This document shows positions 10,943-20,400 of a DNA stretch of 64,000 nt, piece by piece. This DNA is from an uncultured virus (IMG/VR IMGVR_UViG_3300018878_000140) (lineage: Duplodnaviria; Heunggongvirae; Uroviricota; Caudoviricetes). Each line of letters begins with the position of its first letter. Positions within the stretch are counted from its first letter, which is position 1. The stretch spans positions 1-64,000 of IMG/VR virus record IMGVR_UViG_3300018878_000140; one strand, given 5' to 3'. The translations under genes and the position numbers were made by a program. The notes beneath the pieces are model-generated. The model saw nothing but the letters and a program-made list of their open reading frames with translations, did not search any database and was not told where the DNA came from.

Positions 10943-10954
10943 AACATATCAGTA
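10943..10954 (+). promoter_or_regulatory. Putative late-type promoter AACA-N6-TA
   Basis: AACA tatcag TA upstream of the sheath gene. Confidence 0.6.
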
Positions 10955-11016
10955 AAGCTAACGCTTTAGTTTATTTATAAATAAATTAAAAACAACTATA
11001 AGGAGGTAATACCAAT

Positions 11017-12915
11017 ATGAAGGGTTATCCTAAATCTCGTTTTGAGATTGTTAATCAGTTACAAACTCAGACTATAGATACCACAGCTTCAGGTAATAAT
11101 ATTGCTTTGTATATGCAGCTTTATACAAGTGATAAAGGTTCTGAAGGTTGGGAATTATTAACTGGATTTGATGGATTTACAAAAACCAAAGGTGGTATGA
11201 GTTTTGCTAAGCATGGTCAGGCACAGCTTACTGTAGCTCAGGCACTTAGAAGCGGAGCCTATGTTTTAGGTAAACGTTTAGTTAGTGACGATGCAGCTCT
11301 TGCTAATGTTACTGTTATGGCCAGAGTAGTAAAAACTAGCAAACTTGAAATTGGCGACGGTACTGCAACTAATAAAGGCGATACATCAAATGTTTATTTC
11401 TATACAACTTCTGTTGCAGGTTGTACAGATTTTGAAAAAGCTTGTGAAGATGGTGTAAAGGGTAAGAAAGATGTTAATGACATTCCGTTACTTACTATTA
11501 CCGCAATGGGTCGTGGTGTAAGTGCAGCTAGCATTCGTATTGCTCCAGAATATTCTGTATCTAGAAATAGAGGCAATGCAAATTATGCTAAATATTCATT
11601 TGAAGTAATTGAAAATAATGAAACACTTGAAAACATCATCGTTTCAATGAATCCCGACATCATTACAAATGGTGCAGCTCAAGGCTTTAATCCTAAAATT
11701 AGAGCTAATTCTAATCAGGTTCGTGTTAAATTATATGATGAGGGAGTATACGCTTTAGTTTCAAAACTTGCTGAAACAGCTGTAGACGCTAATGGCGAAA
11801 GCATCCCTGTTGCAGGTTTAATCAATCTTGATTTTATTAATGGTTGTGATCTTAAGGGCAATCTTATTTCTGGTATTGCAACAGCTGGAGAAGAACATAG
11901 TGTATGGGAAAGCAATAGACCCGAAGATATCATAGATGTTTTATGTGATTTATCAGCTATTACAGGTATTCAATTAAAGAATGGTTCATATGGTGCAATG
12001 GGTAGTGTTCCTATGAACAACACTGATGAAATTGAAAAACTTATGCTTGAAGCTATCACACCACCCGCAGATCGTGAAAATTCAAAATTTGATACAATTA
12101 TATATGATTTAGATGCATATAAAATTGATTGTACCTTTGACTGCGCATGGTCTAATAAAGTTAAAAACGCTATTATCGATCTCATTGATTTTAGAGGCGA
12201 TATGGTATTCTTAACTGACTTGGGTAAAGAAGCAAATTCACTTTATGGTATTAAAGAAATTGTTACTGGATATAGAGAAGGAGATGAGACTTCTGGTATT
12301 AAACCCAGCAATAACTCAGTTCTTTACCACAACTATTTCAATATTATTGATCCTTTCTCAAAGAAAGAAATCACTGTAACAATGCCCTATCTTCTCATTG
12401 ATAAAATGACAAATCATATTGCTAAGGGTGTAGGTCGTCCGTTTGCAGGCATTGCTAATAACATCGTATTCGATGGTATTATTGAAAATTCTGTAAACTT
12501 CTTCCCCGTATCAATTCCTGGTCTTGATGAGAAACAAGAGCTTGTAGAAATGAATGTAAACTATCTTAGTTTATATGATGGTGTTCCTGTAATGGAGACC
12601 ATGTATGTAAATGATACAACATACTCACAGTTATCTTACTTGCATAATATCATGCTCGTTCAGGATGTTATTAAAACTATCCGTACTAAATGCCCTCAGA
12701 CTCGTTATACATTCCTTGATGGTGACGATTTAGAGACATATATTTCTGACGTTCAGGCAATTGTTAGAGAATATAGTTCTTCGTTTAAGAGCATTTCTTG
12801 CGAATATATGGCTGACGAGAGATATGAGCAGAATAATATATTCTATGCAGTACTTAAAGTACAGTTCAAGAACTTCATTCAGGAAGAGTACTTTAAGATT
12901 ATTGCTATTTCTTAA
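11017..12915 (+). CDS. Tail sheath protein (probable)
   Basis: 632 aa. N-terminal F.KHGQ..L..AQAL..G..V...R pattern; sheath-like C-terminal region (RGDMVFLTD, P.AGIAN, beta-rich end). Directly upstream of a ~320-aa tube-like gene. Confidence 0.7.
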   Translation: MKGYPKSRFEIVNQLQTQTIDTTASGNNIALYMQLYTSDKGSEGWELLTGFDGFTKTKGGMSFAKHGQAQLTVAQALRSGAYVLGKRLVSDDAALANVTVMARVVKTSKLEIGDGTATNKGDTSNVYFYTTSVAGCTDFEKACEDGVKGKKDVNDIPLLTITAMGRGVSAASIRIAPEYSVSRNRGNANYAKYSFEVIENNETLENIIVSMNPDIITNGAAQGFNPKIRANSNQVRVKLYDEGVYALVSKLAETAVDANGESIPVAGLINLDFINGCDLKGNLISGIATAGEEHSVWESNRPEDIIDVLCDLSAITGIQLKNGSYGAMGSVPMNNTDEIEKLMLEAITPPADRENSKFDTIIYDLDAYKIDCTFDCAWSNKVKNAIIDLIDFRGDMVFLTDLGKEANSLYGIKEIVTGYREGDETSGIKPSNNSVLYHNYFNIIDPFSKKEITVTMPYLLIDKMTNHIAKGVGRPFAGIANNIVFDGIIENSVNFFPVSIPGLDEKQELVEMNVNYLSLYDGVPVMETMYVNDTTYSQLSYLHNIMLVQDVIKTIRTKCPQTRYTFLDGDDLETYISDVQAIVREYSSSFKSISCEYMADERYEQNNIFYAVLKVQFKNFIQEEYFKIIAIS

Positions 12916-12929
12916 GGAGGTGAACGAAT

Positions 12930-13892
12930 ATGGCTATTAAAAGAGATTGGACAGTAACAAACCCTGCAAATGCGAATGTTATGGATCAGAATAAGAAAGT
13001 AAGTTCATTATTTGAAAATACTAAAGATTTTAAAGATGTGACTACTTATCGTCTTATGAGAGGTGTTCCGGACTTTGGCTCTCTCGTTCAGTTTAATCCT
13101 TATGAAACTGGTTATGCTGCATTCATTATTTGTCAGATTCCTAAATTCATGGAGAAATTGGCATCTAAGGATGCAAACTATAATAAGTTAGTTAATAACT
13201 GGGCTCATATTATCGAATATGAATTCAAGAGCTTTGATGGTCTTGATAACCTTTCTGCAGATACTATTACTCTTGGCGATGAGTTAAATAGCATTAACGT
13301 AATTTCTAGAATTAATGGTATGAATGCTGCAGAGTTTACTCTTGGTTATGAAGAGAAATCTGGTAGTCCTCTTACAAAGTTTGCTAAATTATATCTTACT
13401 GGTATTAAGGATCCTCGTACTCAGGTTAAAACTTACCATGGTTTAATTCACTCTGGTGAGATGGAGCCTGGTTTCGAAAACGAAGTATTTACATTCCTCT
13501 TTATCAATACAGATAACACAATGCGTAAAGTTGAAGCTGCATACCTTCTCTTAGGTTGTCAGTTAAACTCTGCTGACCTTGATATGTATAACTACACCAA
13601 GGGTGATATCGGTAAGAGAGATGTTAACGTTAAGTTTAGTGGATATCCTGTACAGTCTACTAAGATTGATAAAGCTGCTCAGGCTATGTTAGATTATCTT
13701 CTTAGCGCTGAAGCTGGAGCTCGTCAGATTATCGTTAATAGCGATGAATACAATTACACCGGTATTAATGAAATTGGCAAGACTCTTGATAGATACGCTG
13801 GTACTGGCAGAGCTAAAGATCTTGGTATCGAAGTAACTGGCACAGAGTATGATGTTGCAACATACACTGGTGTTGAAGCTATTACTGAGTAA
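12930..13892 (+). CDS. Tail tube / virion structural protein (probable)
   Basis: Position after the sheath gene, beta-rich sequence and highly expressed codon style. Confidence 0.55.
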   Translation: MAIKRDWTVTNPANANVMDQNKKVSSLFENTKDFKDVTTYRLMRGVPDFGSLVQFNPYETGYAAFIICQIPKFMEKLASKDANYNKLVNNWAHIIEYEFKSFDGLDNLSADTITLGDELNSINVISRINGMNAAEFTLGYEEKSGSPLTKFAKLYLTGIKDPRTQVKTYHGLIHSGEMEPGFENEVFTFLFINTDNTMRKVEAAYLLLGCQLNSADLDMYNYTKGDIGKRDVNVKFSGYPVQSTKIDKAAQAMLDYLLSAEAGARQIIVNSDEYNYTGINEIGKTLDRYAGTGRAKDLGIEVTGTEYDVATYTGVEAITE

Positions 13893-13915
13893 TTTACTAA
13901 AATTATATAAATTAT

Positions 13916-13941
13916 TCCCCATGGGAGCAATCCCATGGGGA
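13916..13941. terminator. Bidirectional terminator between convergent genes
   Basis: tccccatggga-gcaa-tcccatgggga. Confidence 0.8.
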
Positions 13942-13951
13942 TATATTTTCT

Positions 13952-16345
13952 TTAAGCTAGATTCTCAGGATTAGATATTGTATCTTCAGTGGCACCTTGT
14001 TTTGCTTTATTTATAATTTGTTTGATAACATCCATATTTAAGTATGATCCTAAGTGATAGATTTTAAGTTCTTTTGCAAACTTAGCTTTAATCACTTCAT
14101 TAGGCTCGTCAGCCATTATAATATTAGTAACGTTTTCACAATAATCACTAGTATTAGTAATAAGCTGACCTGAGTTAATCATATTCATAAATAACGGAGG
14201 AGGTAATGTTACAGTTATCTGATCATTACAACCATATTCAATATCATAAATCTTAGTATATAACGGAGCTATTACTTTTTGGAACTCTCCTTGACGGCTA
14301 TAAGTAAATCTTAAAAATTTAGAGTTAGCCATAGTAAGCTGCATTGCATAGTCTGGAGATAAACGTGCTTGGATTATTTCCATTGGCACACCAGTAACGC
14401 TAATAGCAGACTCTTCAAGAAGATTAAGCAAATCAGTTTTAATTTCAATTTGCTGACCCTGAATAACTTCAACATCAATCGGAGACTGACCATCATTGCC
14501 ACGGGGGATGATATAGTCGTTAAATCTACCAGTAATATTAAGAACTGAATTAATATTTTCAATCTGTCTGATACCAAAATTGGATTTCTTAATTTCATTA
14601 ATTGTTTTTAATAAAGTTTTAGAAATATTAGATTCAACAGATTGTTTTACATAATAAACACGCTTATCGTTACCGCGTGTCATAACACCTAAACAGTTAG
14701 TAATATAAATAGCAACCCATAATTTAGCAGGAATTAAACTAAGATTAAGATCACTAATACCTCTACCAGTATCTTCATCAAGGTCAAAATAAATATGATG
14801 AATATCTTCAGGTGGAATATAACTAACACGAATATTATTAGTAGAACCAGCAGCGGCATTAAATGAATCATTATATTTAAGGATATAATAAATCTCTTTT
14901 TTAAGATCCTGATTGGCATTGATAAACTTAGCATCAATTTTATCTGCCAAGTTATTGGCAATGCTTCTTAATAGTTCTTCTCTTCTTTGTATAGAATCAA
15001 ATGCTTCTGATCTACCATTACTTCTTAAACCAGTAATAGTATTAACCATTCCAGTTGTTGTATGTCTTTCTTCAAATAATGCTGCTTGATCATCAAAATC
15101 AAAATAGTAATATCCTAAACAAATATCATTAAGAATTATAGGAGTTACTCTTTCACGCTTAAGAATTTTAACTATACAGCCATTCATGTCTTTAATGTTA
15201 GAATTTCCTTTATTGGAAGTATAGAGTCCGTCAGCTGTCGTATCATCCTCGTTAGGGAGCTGTAAATCATCATCGAGCACTCGATCAAATTTATGGTGTG
15301 CAGGAATTTTTGCCCCCATTTCAAGATCATGATTCATTGAATTGTCAAATGCATATGGTTTACCATCATTAGCAATTGAATCAATTCCTTCTGTAATAAC
15401 ATCAGAACTGCCATTAATAGCTAATTCCATTAAGTATTGCTCTGTAAGAGATTGCTCTCTTACTACTTTTCTTTGTTCTCTAGCAGACTTTTCATTTTCA
15501 ACAATAGAAGAAATTATTCCATTTTCTATTTTAATATCAAAATTAAAATTATCTTCTGTTTCGTTAAGCTTATAATCATTAGAAGATGAAACCTTTACAG
15601 GTTCAAATTCAGATATACCACTTTCAATAAGTACTTCTCCAGATTCAAAATTTGTTCTAACTTTAATATTTCTATCATCTGTAGTGGAATTTTTTCTATC
15701 TATAAGTTTTCTTATAGCTTTACTATACGGAACGCAGTATACAAAAGTTTCGCCATATTTAGAAGTCTTTTCATAAATCTCACTTGTTAACTTAAGCATA
15801 TTATAACGATTTTTCATATCGTTAATATTTCTTGCAAACTGTTCCTCAGATTCTCTAGTTGGTGACAATTTAGATTCTATATTAAGAAAATCTTTTGAAA
15901 AGCTATCTGATGCTAATATATTATCTCTAATTGTATCTAGAGCTTCTTGAAGTTTAGGCATATATCTTAATACCTCATCAATTTCAGTATCAACAGCCTT
16001 AATCCATCTATTGTCTAAATATGAACTTGTTAAATTATTAATAAATTCATTATCACCAAATATACGTTCAAACTCTTTTACAGTATCTGGATCTCCCTGA
16101 GAACTTAAAAGAAGTCGTTCATATAATCTAGATATATTAGGCTCGCCAATATTATCAGAGTTAACATTCATTATATCTTTAATAGATGTAGTTATATCTG
16201 TTTTTATAGCCTGTAATTGATCTTTATTATGCGGGTCTGCAAAATATGTTGTGCGGTACATATCATCCATATTACCTTGAACAAGGGTAGCTAATCTACG
16301 CAATACACCTGTACGAGGTTTCTGTTCATTTTGTTGTGAAGGCAT
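13952..16345 (-). CDS. Portal protein (probable)
   Basis: KYGETFVY and TRGNDKRVYYV resemble T4-like portal motifs (R.P.RRVFY). AACA-N6-TA promoter at 16371-16382. Confidence 0.7.
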   Translation of the reverse strand: MPSQQNEQKPRTGVLRRLATLVQGNMDDMYRTTYFADPHNKDQLQAIKTDITTSIKDIMNVNSDNIGEPNISRLYERLLLSSQGDPDTVKEFERIFGDNEFINNLTSSYLDNRWIKAVDTEIDEVLRYMPKLQEALDTIRDNILASDSFSKDFLNIESKLSPTRESEEQFARNINDMKNRYNMLKLTSEIYEKTSKYGETFVYCVPYSKAIRKLIDRKNSTTDDRNIKVRTNFESGEVLIESGISEFEPVKVSSSNDYKLNETEDNFNFDIKIENGIISSIVENEKSAREQRKVVREQSLTEQYLMELAINGSSDVITEGIDSIANDGKPYAFDNSMNHDLEMGAKIPAHHKFDRVLDDDLQLPNEDDTTADGLYTSNKGNSNIKDMNGCIVKILKRERVTPIILNDICLGYYYFDFDDQAALFEERHTTTGMVNTITGLRSNGRSEAFDSIQRREELLRSIANNLADKIDAKFINANQDLKKEIYYILKYNDSFNAAAGSTNNIRVSYIPPEDIHHIYFDLDEDTGRGISDLNLSLIPAKLWVAIYITNCLGVMTRGNDKRVYYVKQSVESNISKTLLKTINEIKKSNFGIRQIENINSVLNITGRFNDYIIPRGNDGQSPIDVEVIQGQQIEIKTDLLNLLEESAISVTGVPMEIIQARLSPDYAMQLTMANSKFLRFTYSRQGEFQKVIAPLYTKIYDIEYGCNDQITVTLPPPLFMNMINSGQLITNTSDYCENVTNIIMADEPNEVIKAKFAKELKIYHLGSYLNMDVIKQIINKAKQGATEDTISNPENLA

Positions 16346-16432
16346 AATAACACACTCCTTTCTTATAATTTATTCTCATGTTCGCCATTGGCTAAAATAC
16401 CTAGGTTGTGGGTAATATACCCACAACCGTAT

Positions 16433-17053
16433 TTATTGTACTTTTATAAAATTTATATAAGTTATTATATTAAATTTCTTTTTACTAATACGAAATCTTG
16501 AAATAAATGTATGAATCAAGTCAGGTTGAAATATTTGTAAGTATAATTTATCACTTTTTGTAGTTGGTAATATTGATGAGAATAAAGTCATATAATAACC
16601 TTCATAAATTACACTAGCAGCACCATCTGCTTTGCTCATACTTTGAATTTTACTTAAAATTTCAGGTATTTCAACTTCATTAATGGCTATTTGAGTTGTA
16701 TTATCAATTGATATGGCATATTTATATTTATTATAAGCAAAAGATATTATTCTTTGATCAAGACCAATTAATAATTCTCCCCCACCAACTGTTCTAAGAG
16801 TTGTATCTATAGAATCAAATTCAAAATCTGATTCTATAGATATAGTTTTAATAAATGCAGATAATGAACGCTGATTAATTATAATACCATTAAAATAATT
16901 ATTTATGAAATTGCTATCTAACAAGACATAAGTTACTATATATTGAATATTATCAAGTCCAATTATAGCATTATCAATAAGAACAAAATCTTTTTGTTTT
17001 AAAGCTTTAGCAGCTTCATTAATATATACTAATTCACTGGTTGTTATATTCAA
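16433..17053 (-). CDS. Hypothetical protein overlapping the DNA polymerase gene end (possible accessory subunit)
   Basis: 206-aa ORF whose start overlaps the polymerase stop by 20 nt. Confidence 0.6.
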   Translation of the reverse strand: MNITTSELVYINEAAKALKQKDFVLIDNAIIGLDNIQYIVTYVLLDSNFINNYFNGIIINQRSLSAFIKTISIESDFEFDSIDTTLRTVGGGELLIGLDQRIISFAYNKYKYAISIDNTTQIAINEVEIPEILSKIQSMSKADGAASVIYEGYYMTLFSSILPTTKSDKLYLQIFQPDLIHTFISRFRISKKKFNIITYINFIKVQ

Positions 17054-18947
17054 ATTTACTCATCCTTTCTTGCTTATAGCACATTTCTCTACCAACAGAA
17101 TTATCCACAATTATACACATTTCTCTCTTATTTTTATTAGGAACTATAGTACACATAATTCTACCACCATTAATAGTATCACTTGAATATAATCCTCTCA
17201 TTGGAGCTTTAATGGTTGAAAAATATTTTATTATATCATAATACATATCCAAATAGCCTGCAAGATTAAGATATCTTTGACAAAAATTAAGTCTATCATG
17301 AGATATGAAATCTTCCATAAACCATACTGTTCTATCATAATATGGATTATTAAATCTATTCTCCTTAGGATCAAGAACTTCAGGGAAGAATACTTTACCA
17401 TGCTGTGTCATCGGGCTCATATTAGATTCATCAATAATAGACGGATACAGACTCTTATAGTCAAAGTCATCCAAATTATCACATAACATTGTCGGACGAC
17501 CATCTATTTTAACTCTAGGTTTCTCACTTACTAAAGTCGGATCGGCTACAAATGCACCTGCAAATCCAACTTTTTCATTGCTCTTATTAGTATTGCATCC
17601 AAGAATATAACCCATATTTCTAAAATCTTTAACACCACGATTAACAAGATAAGTTGTCTGTCTATGAACTTTAGAATATCTTGTATTTGTAGTCATAGCT
17701 TTAGAATATACAAAGTCTATATCATTAACTTTATTTTCTATACATAACTGAACAATTGTATCCATAATATTATAGAAAACAAAAGTTCTATAATCTAGAT
17801 AAGGAAGTTTAGATATATTAGTTGTAATATTAGAATAATCAAGTTTCTTAACACCTGCTATTAATCCACCAACATAATCAAGTTTAAATGATGCTATTGC
17901 TCTTTGACCTTTACGACGAGATGCAAATGTAACTAATTGATCTATATATACAGAATATGAAGATACTTGAGCATAATCTCCACGTTCTTCAAACTTATCA
18001 GCCCTCTTATCAACGTAATAATAACATTCTTTAACCTTGAAATCTTTATGACAAATAATTTCACATGGATCATATCCAAGATTAATAATTCTTTGAATAA
18101 GATACGGTAAGTCGAATGGCATGTTCCATGCTATTGAAAAATCTGGTTTAATTATATTGATTACATTAAATGCATCAGTTAATAATTTTATTTCTTCATC
18201 ATAAAACATGATTTTATATTCAAATGGATCAAGACCTAAACGATGTTCTTGTTTCCAACCACCAACTGTATCTTGAACAAATTGCTTTATTTTTATAGGT
18301 ATATCTTTTTCCGTTTTAAATAAATCAATTAATGGATTATTGTAATTATCTAAAAGTAAAGTATATACCTTTTTATTAATATCATCAACTAATGTTATGG
18401 CGTTTACAGGACATTCTCCAGGTTCAGGAAAATCTCCTCTCATATCAATAGTATCAGCCTCGATATCGAAGTACAATTTAGTGGGTTTAAACTGTTCATT
18501 TTTATATAATAAATCAAATCTATATCTATAAAAATCTTCAATATGCATATCAGCACCAAATATAGAAGGTATCTGAAATAACTTATCATTATCTCTAGCA
18601 TTTCCTGTACGAAGATTATCATAAAAGAACTCAAGATTACCAGTTCTCTCAGCTATATCTTTTTTCAAATCATTATATTTACAAGTAACTTGATAAACAT
18701 CTTTTTCTTCAATACATAATTTATTATAATCTACAGGTACACCTTCATTTGTCATCCAATAAGTATATTCTGGTTCGGAAATATGTTGGACTTTCTTTTC
18801 CATAGTATCCATATCTTTATAAATTATATCTATACTATCTTTTCCATATTTTCCAGTCTCAATATCTTTTTTAGGTTTATGATATATTATATTTAATAGA
18901 GATATATTAGCACCTATGGGATAACCTTTAATAAATGATTTATCCAT
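17034..18947 (-). CDS. Family-B DNA polymerase, N-terminal part (3'-5' exonuclease plus palm motif A)
   Basis: ExoI YFDIEAD, ExoII AWNMPFDLPY, ExoIII YNIMD, GAFVADP and motif A DFDYKSLYPSII. Motifs B and C are absent. Confidence 0.88.
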   Translation of the reverse strand: MDKSFIKGYPIGANISLLNIIYHKPKKDIETGKYGKDSIDIIYKDMDTMEKKVQHISEPEYTYWMTNEGVPVDYNKLCIEEKDVYQVTCKYNDLKKDIAERTGNLEFFYDNLRTGNARDNDKLFQIPSIFGADMHIEDFYRYRFDLLYKNEQFKPTKLYFDIEADTIDMRGDFPEPGECPVNAITLVDDINKKVYTLLLDNYNNPLIDLFKTEKDIPIKIKQFVQDTVGGWKQEHRLGLDPFEYKIMFYDEEIKLLTDAFNVINIIKPDFSIAWNMPFDLPYLIQRIINLGYDPCEIICHKDFKVKECYYYVDKRADKFEERGDYAQVSSYSVYIDQLVTFASRRKGQRAIASFKLDYVGGLIAGVKKLDYSNITTNISKLPYLDYRTFVFYNIMDTIVQLCIENKVNDIDFVYSKAMTTNTRYSKVHRQTTYLVNRGVKDFRNMGYILGCNTNKSNEKVGFAGAFVADPTLVSEKPRVKIDGRPTMLCDNLDDFDYKSLYPSIIDESNMSPMTQHGKVFFPEVLDPKENRFNNPYYDRTVWFMEDFISHDRLNFCQRYLNLAGYLDMYYDIIKYFSTIKAPMRGLYSSDTINGGRIMCTIVPNKNKREMCIIVDNSVGREMCYKQERMSKFEYNNQ

Positions 18948-18981
18948 AATTTTACCTCCTAATTTACATTATTTCATTGTA

Positions 18982-19146
18982 CTAGACTTTGTTTAATCGT
19001 ATAAACCGACGTATTTTGGCAATTAACATAACTATAATGATTAGGCATAACACCCCATAAAACCAAATCATTTTTATATATCTTCTTGCCAGATTTGTGT
19101 GTTGTGTGTAGTTTTTCGTTTTTGTAACTTTGCTCGTAAAAGGCAT
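18982..19146 (-). CDS. Small single-pass membrane protein (54 aa), not in the ORF track
   Basis: SD AAGGAG 8 nt before ATG; MPFTSK...MIWFYGVLCLIIIVMLIAKIRRFIRLNKV. Confidence 0.45.
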   Translation of the reverse strand: MPFTSKVTKTKNYTQHTNLARRYIKMIWFYGVLCLIIIVMLIAKIRRFIRLNKV

Positions 19147-19289
19147 AGTGAAAACTCCTTTTTATCATAAATTTCCTCTTAAAATTTTAGCATATATACC
19201 GTACTCGTGCTGTGGGGTGGCACGAGTATATTTTGTGCTTTTTTATTTCACAAACAAAAAAGTAAAATCTTAAAGGAGGTTCTTTAACT

Positions 19290-20216
19290 ATGTCTTTTAA
19301 TATTAATAAATTTGTTAAAGATTCTAACGAATATTCAAATCACGATCTCAAACAAGAAGTTGCTGTAGTTGTTGAAACAGTAGACGAAACAAAAAAGAAA
19401 AAAAGCAAAAAAAGTGATTCTACAGAAATTGTTAAATCGCAATCAAACTCTACAATTGTACCTGCTACTAGTATGAGCTATATTCAAGAAAACATACCAT
19501 ATGCTGGTGCGTATGTTGAAACCAATCAACAGCTTGATGAAACTATAGCTCAATTAAATATGCTTGGTGCTGAAATAGTTACCGAATTGAATATGGTTCG
19601 TAGCAATAAAACTCTTCGTAACAAATATAGTATTGTTAATGAAATGACTCAAACTGCTACATCTATTTTAGGTACCAAACTTTCAGCTATTAAAGAAAAG
19701 AATTCAACAATTAATAGTATCAATAAACTTGAACTTGATAGACTTAAACAAGTTAAAGTTTCTGCATCAGAAGAAGATGATAACGCTAGAATTGCAAATC
19801 TTTATGATGCATTTATCAATACACCTATTGGCGCTGGTCCTGGAATTCTTGGTCCATCAATGCAAGATATTATGGCTGGAGGACAAACAGGTCCATCTGT
19901 TCCTATGATGTCTCTTGGTAGCGATCAGCAAATGTGGGAAGCTGGATTAAATCCTGCAGAAAATAGAATGTTACTTGAAGCAAAAGGCGCAATTGAAACT
20001 GTTGTAATGTATGATTCTACAACTGGAAATCGTTGGTTTGAAGTAGTTGATAAAATTACCCGCCAACCAGTTCCAAATGTAGAAAAACCAGATAGCTCTT
20101 ATATATATGATCTTGATATTAATGTGAGAGGTGGATTTGCTAAAGACGGTAATAGATCAGTAACATATCCTCTCATCTGTATTAATGGTGGAGATACCAG
20201 TATAACAGAATATTAA
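19290..20216 (+). CDS. Hypothetical protein (coiled-coil N-part, beta-rich C-part)
   Basis: 308 aa, SD aaggagg, AACA-N6-TA at 19253-19264. Confidence 0.75.
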   Translation: MSFNINKFVKDSNEYSNHDLKQEVAVVVETVDETKKKKSKKSDSTEIVKSQSNSTIVPATSMSYIQENIPYAGAYVETNQQLDETIAQLNMLGAEIVTELNMVRSNKTLRNKYSIVNEMTQTATSILGTKLSAIKEKNSTINSINKLELDRLKQVKVSASEEDDNARIANLYDAFINTPIGAGPGILGPSMQDIMAGGQTGPSVPMMSLGSDQQMWEAGLNPAENRMLLEAKGAIETVVMYDSTTGNRWFEVVDKITRQPVPNVEKPDSSYIYDLDINVRGGFAKDGNRSVTYPLICINGGDTSITEY

Positions 20217-20400
20217 TTAACATATTTATAAATCACGTAGTGGTTTCATAGTTTTGTTTCCTTTCTTTATTCTAGATTCTATGAATAGACATTATCATAG
20301 AATATAGAATACAAAATCAACACAAGAAATATTTTTGTCATTTTACACTCTCCTTAAATAGACGCCCGTAGGGTTGGTCCCTACGGGTGCCTATATTGTT

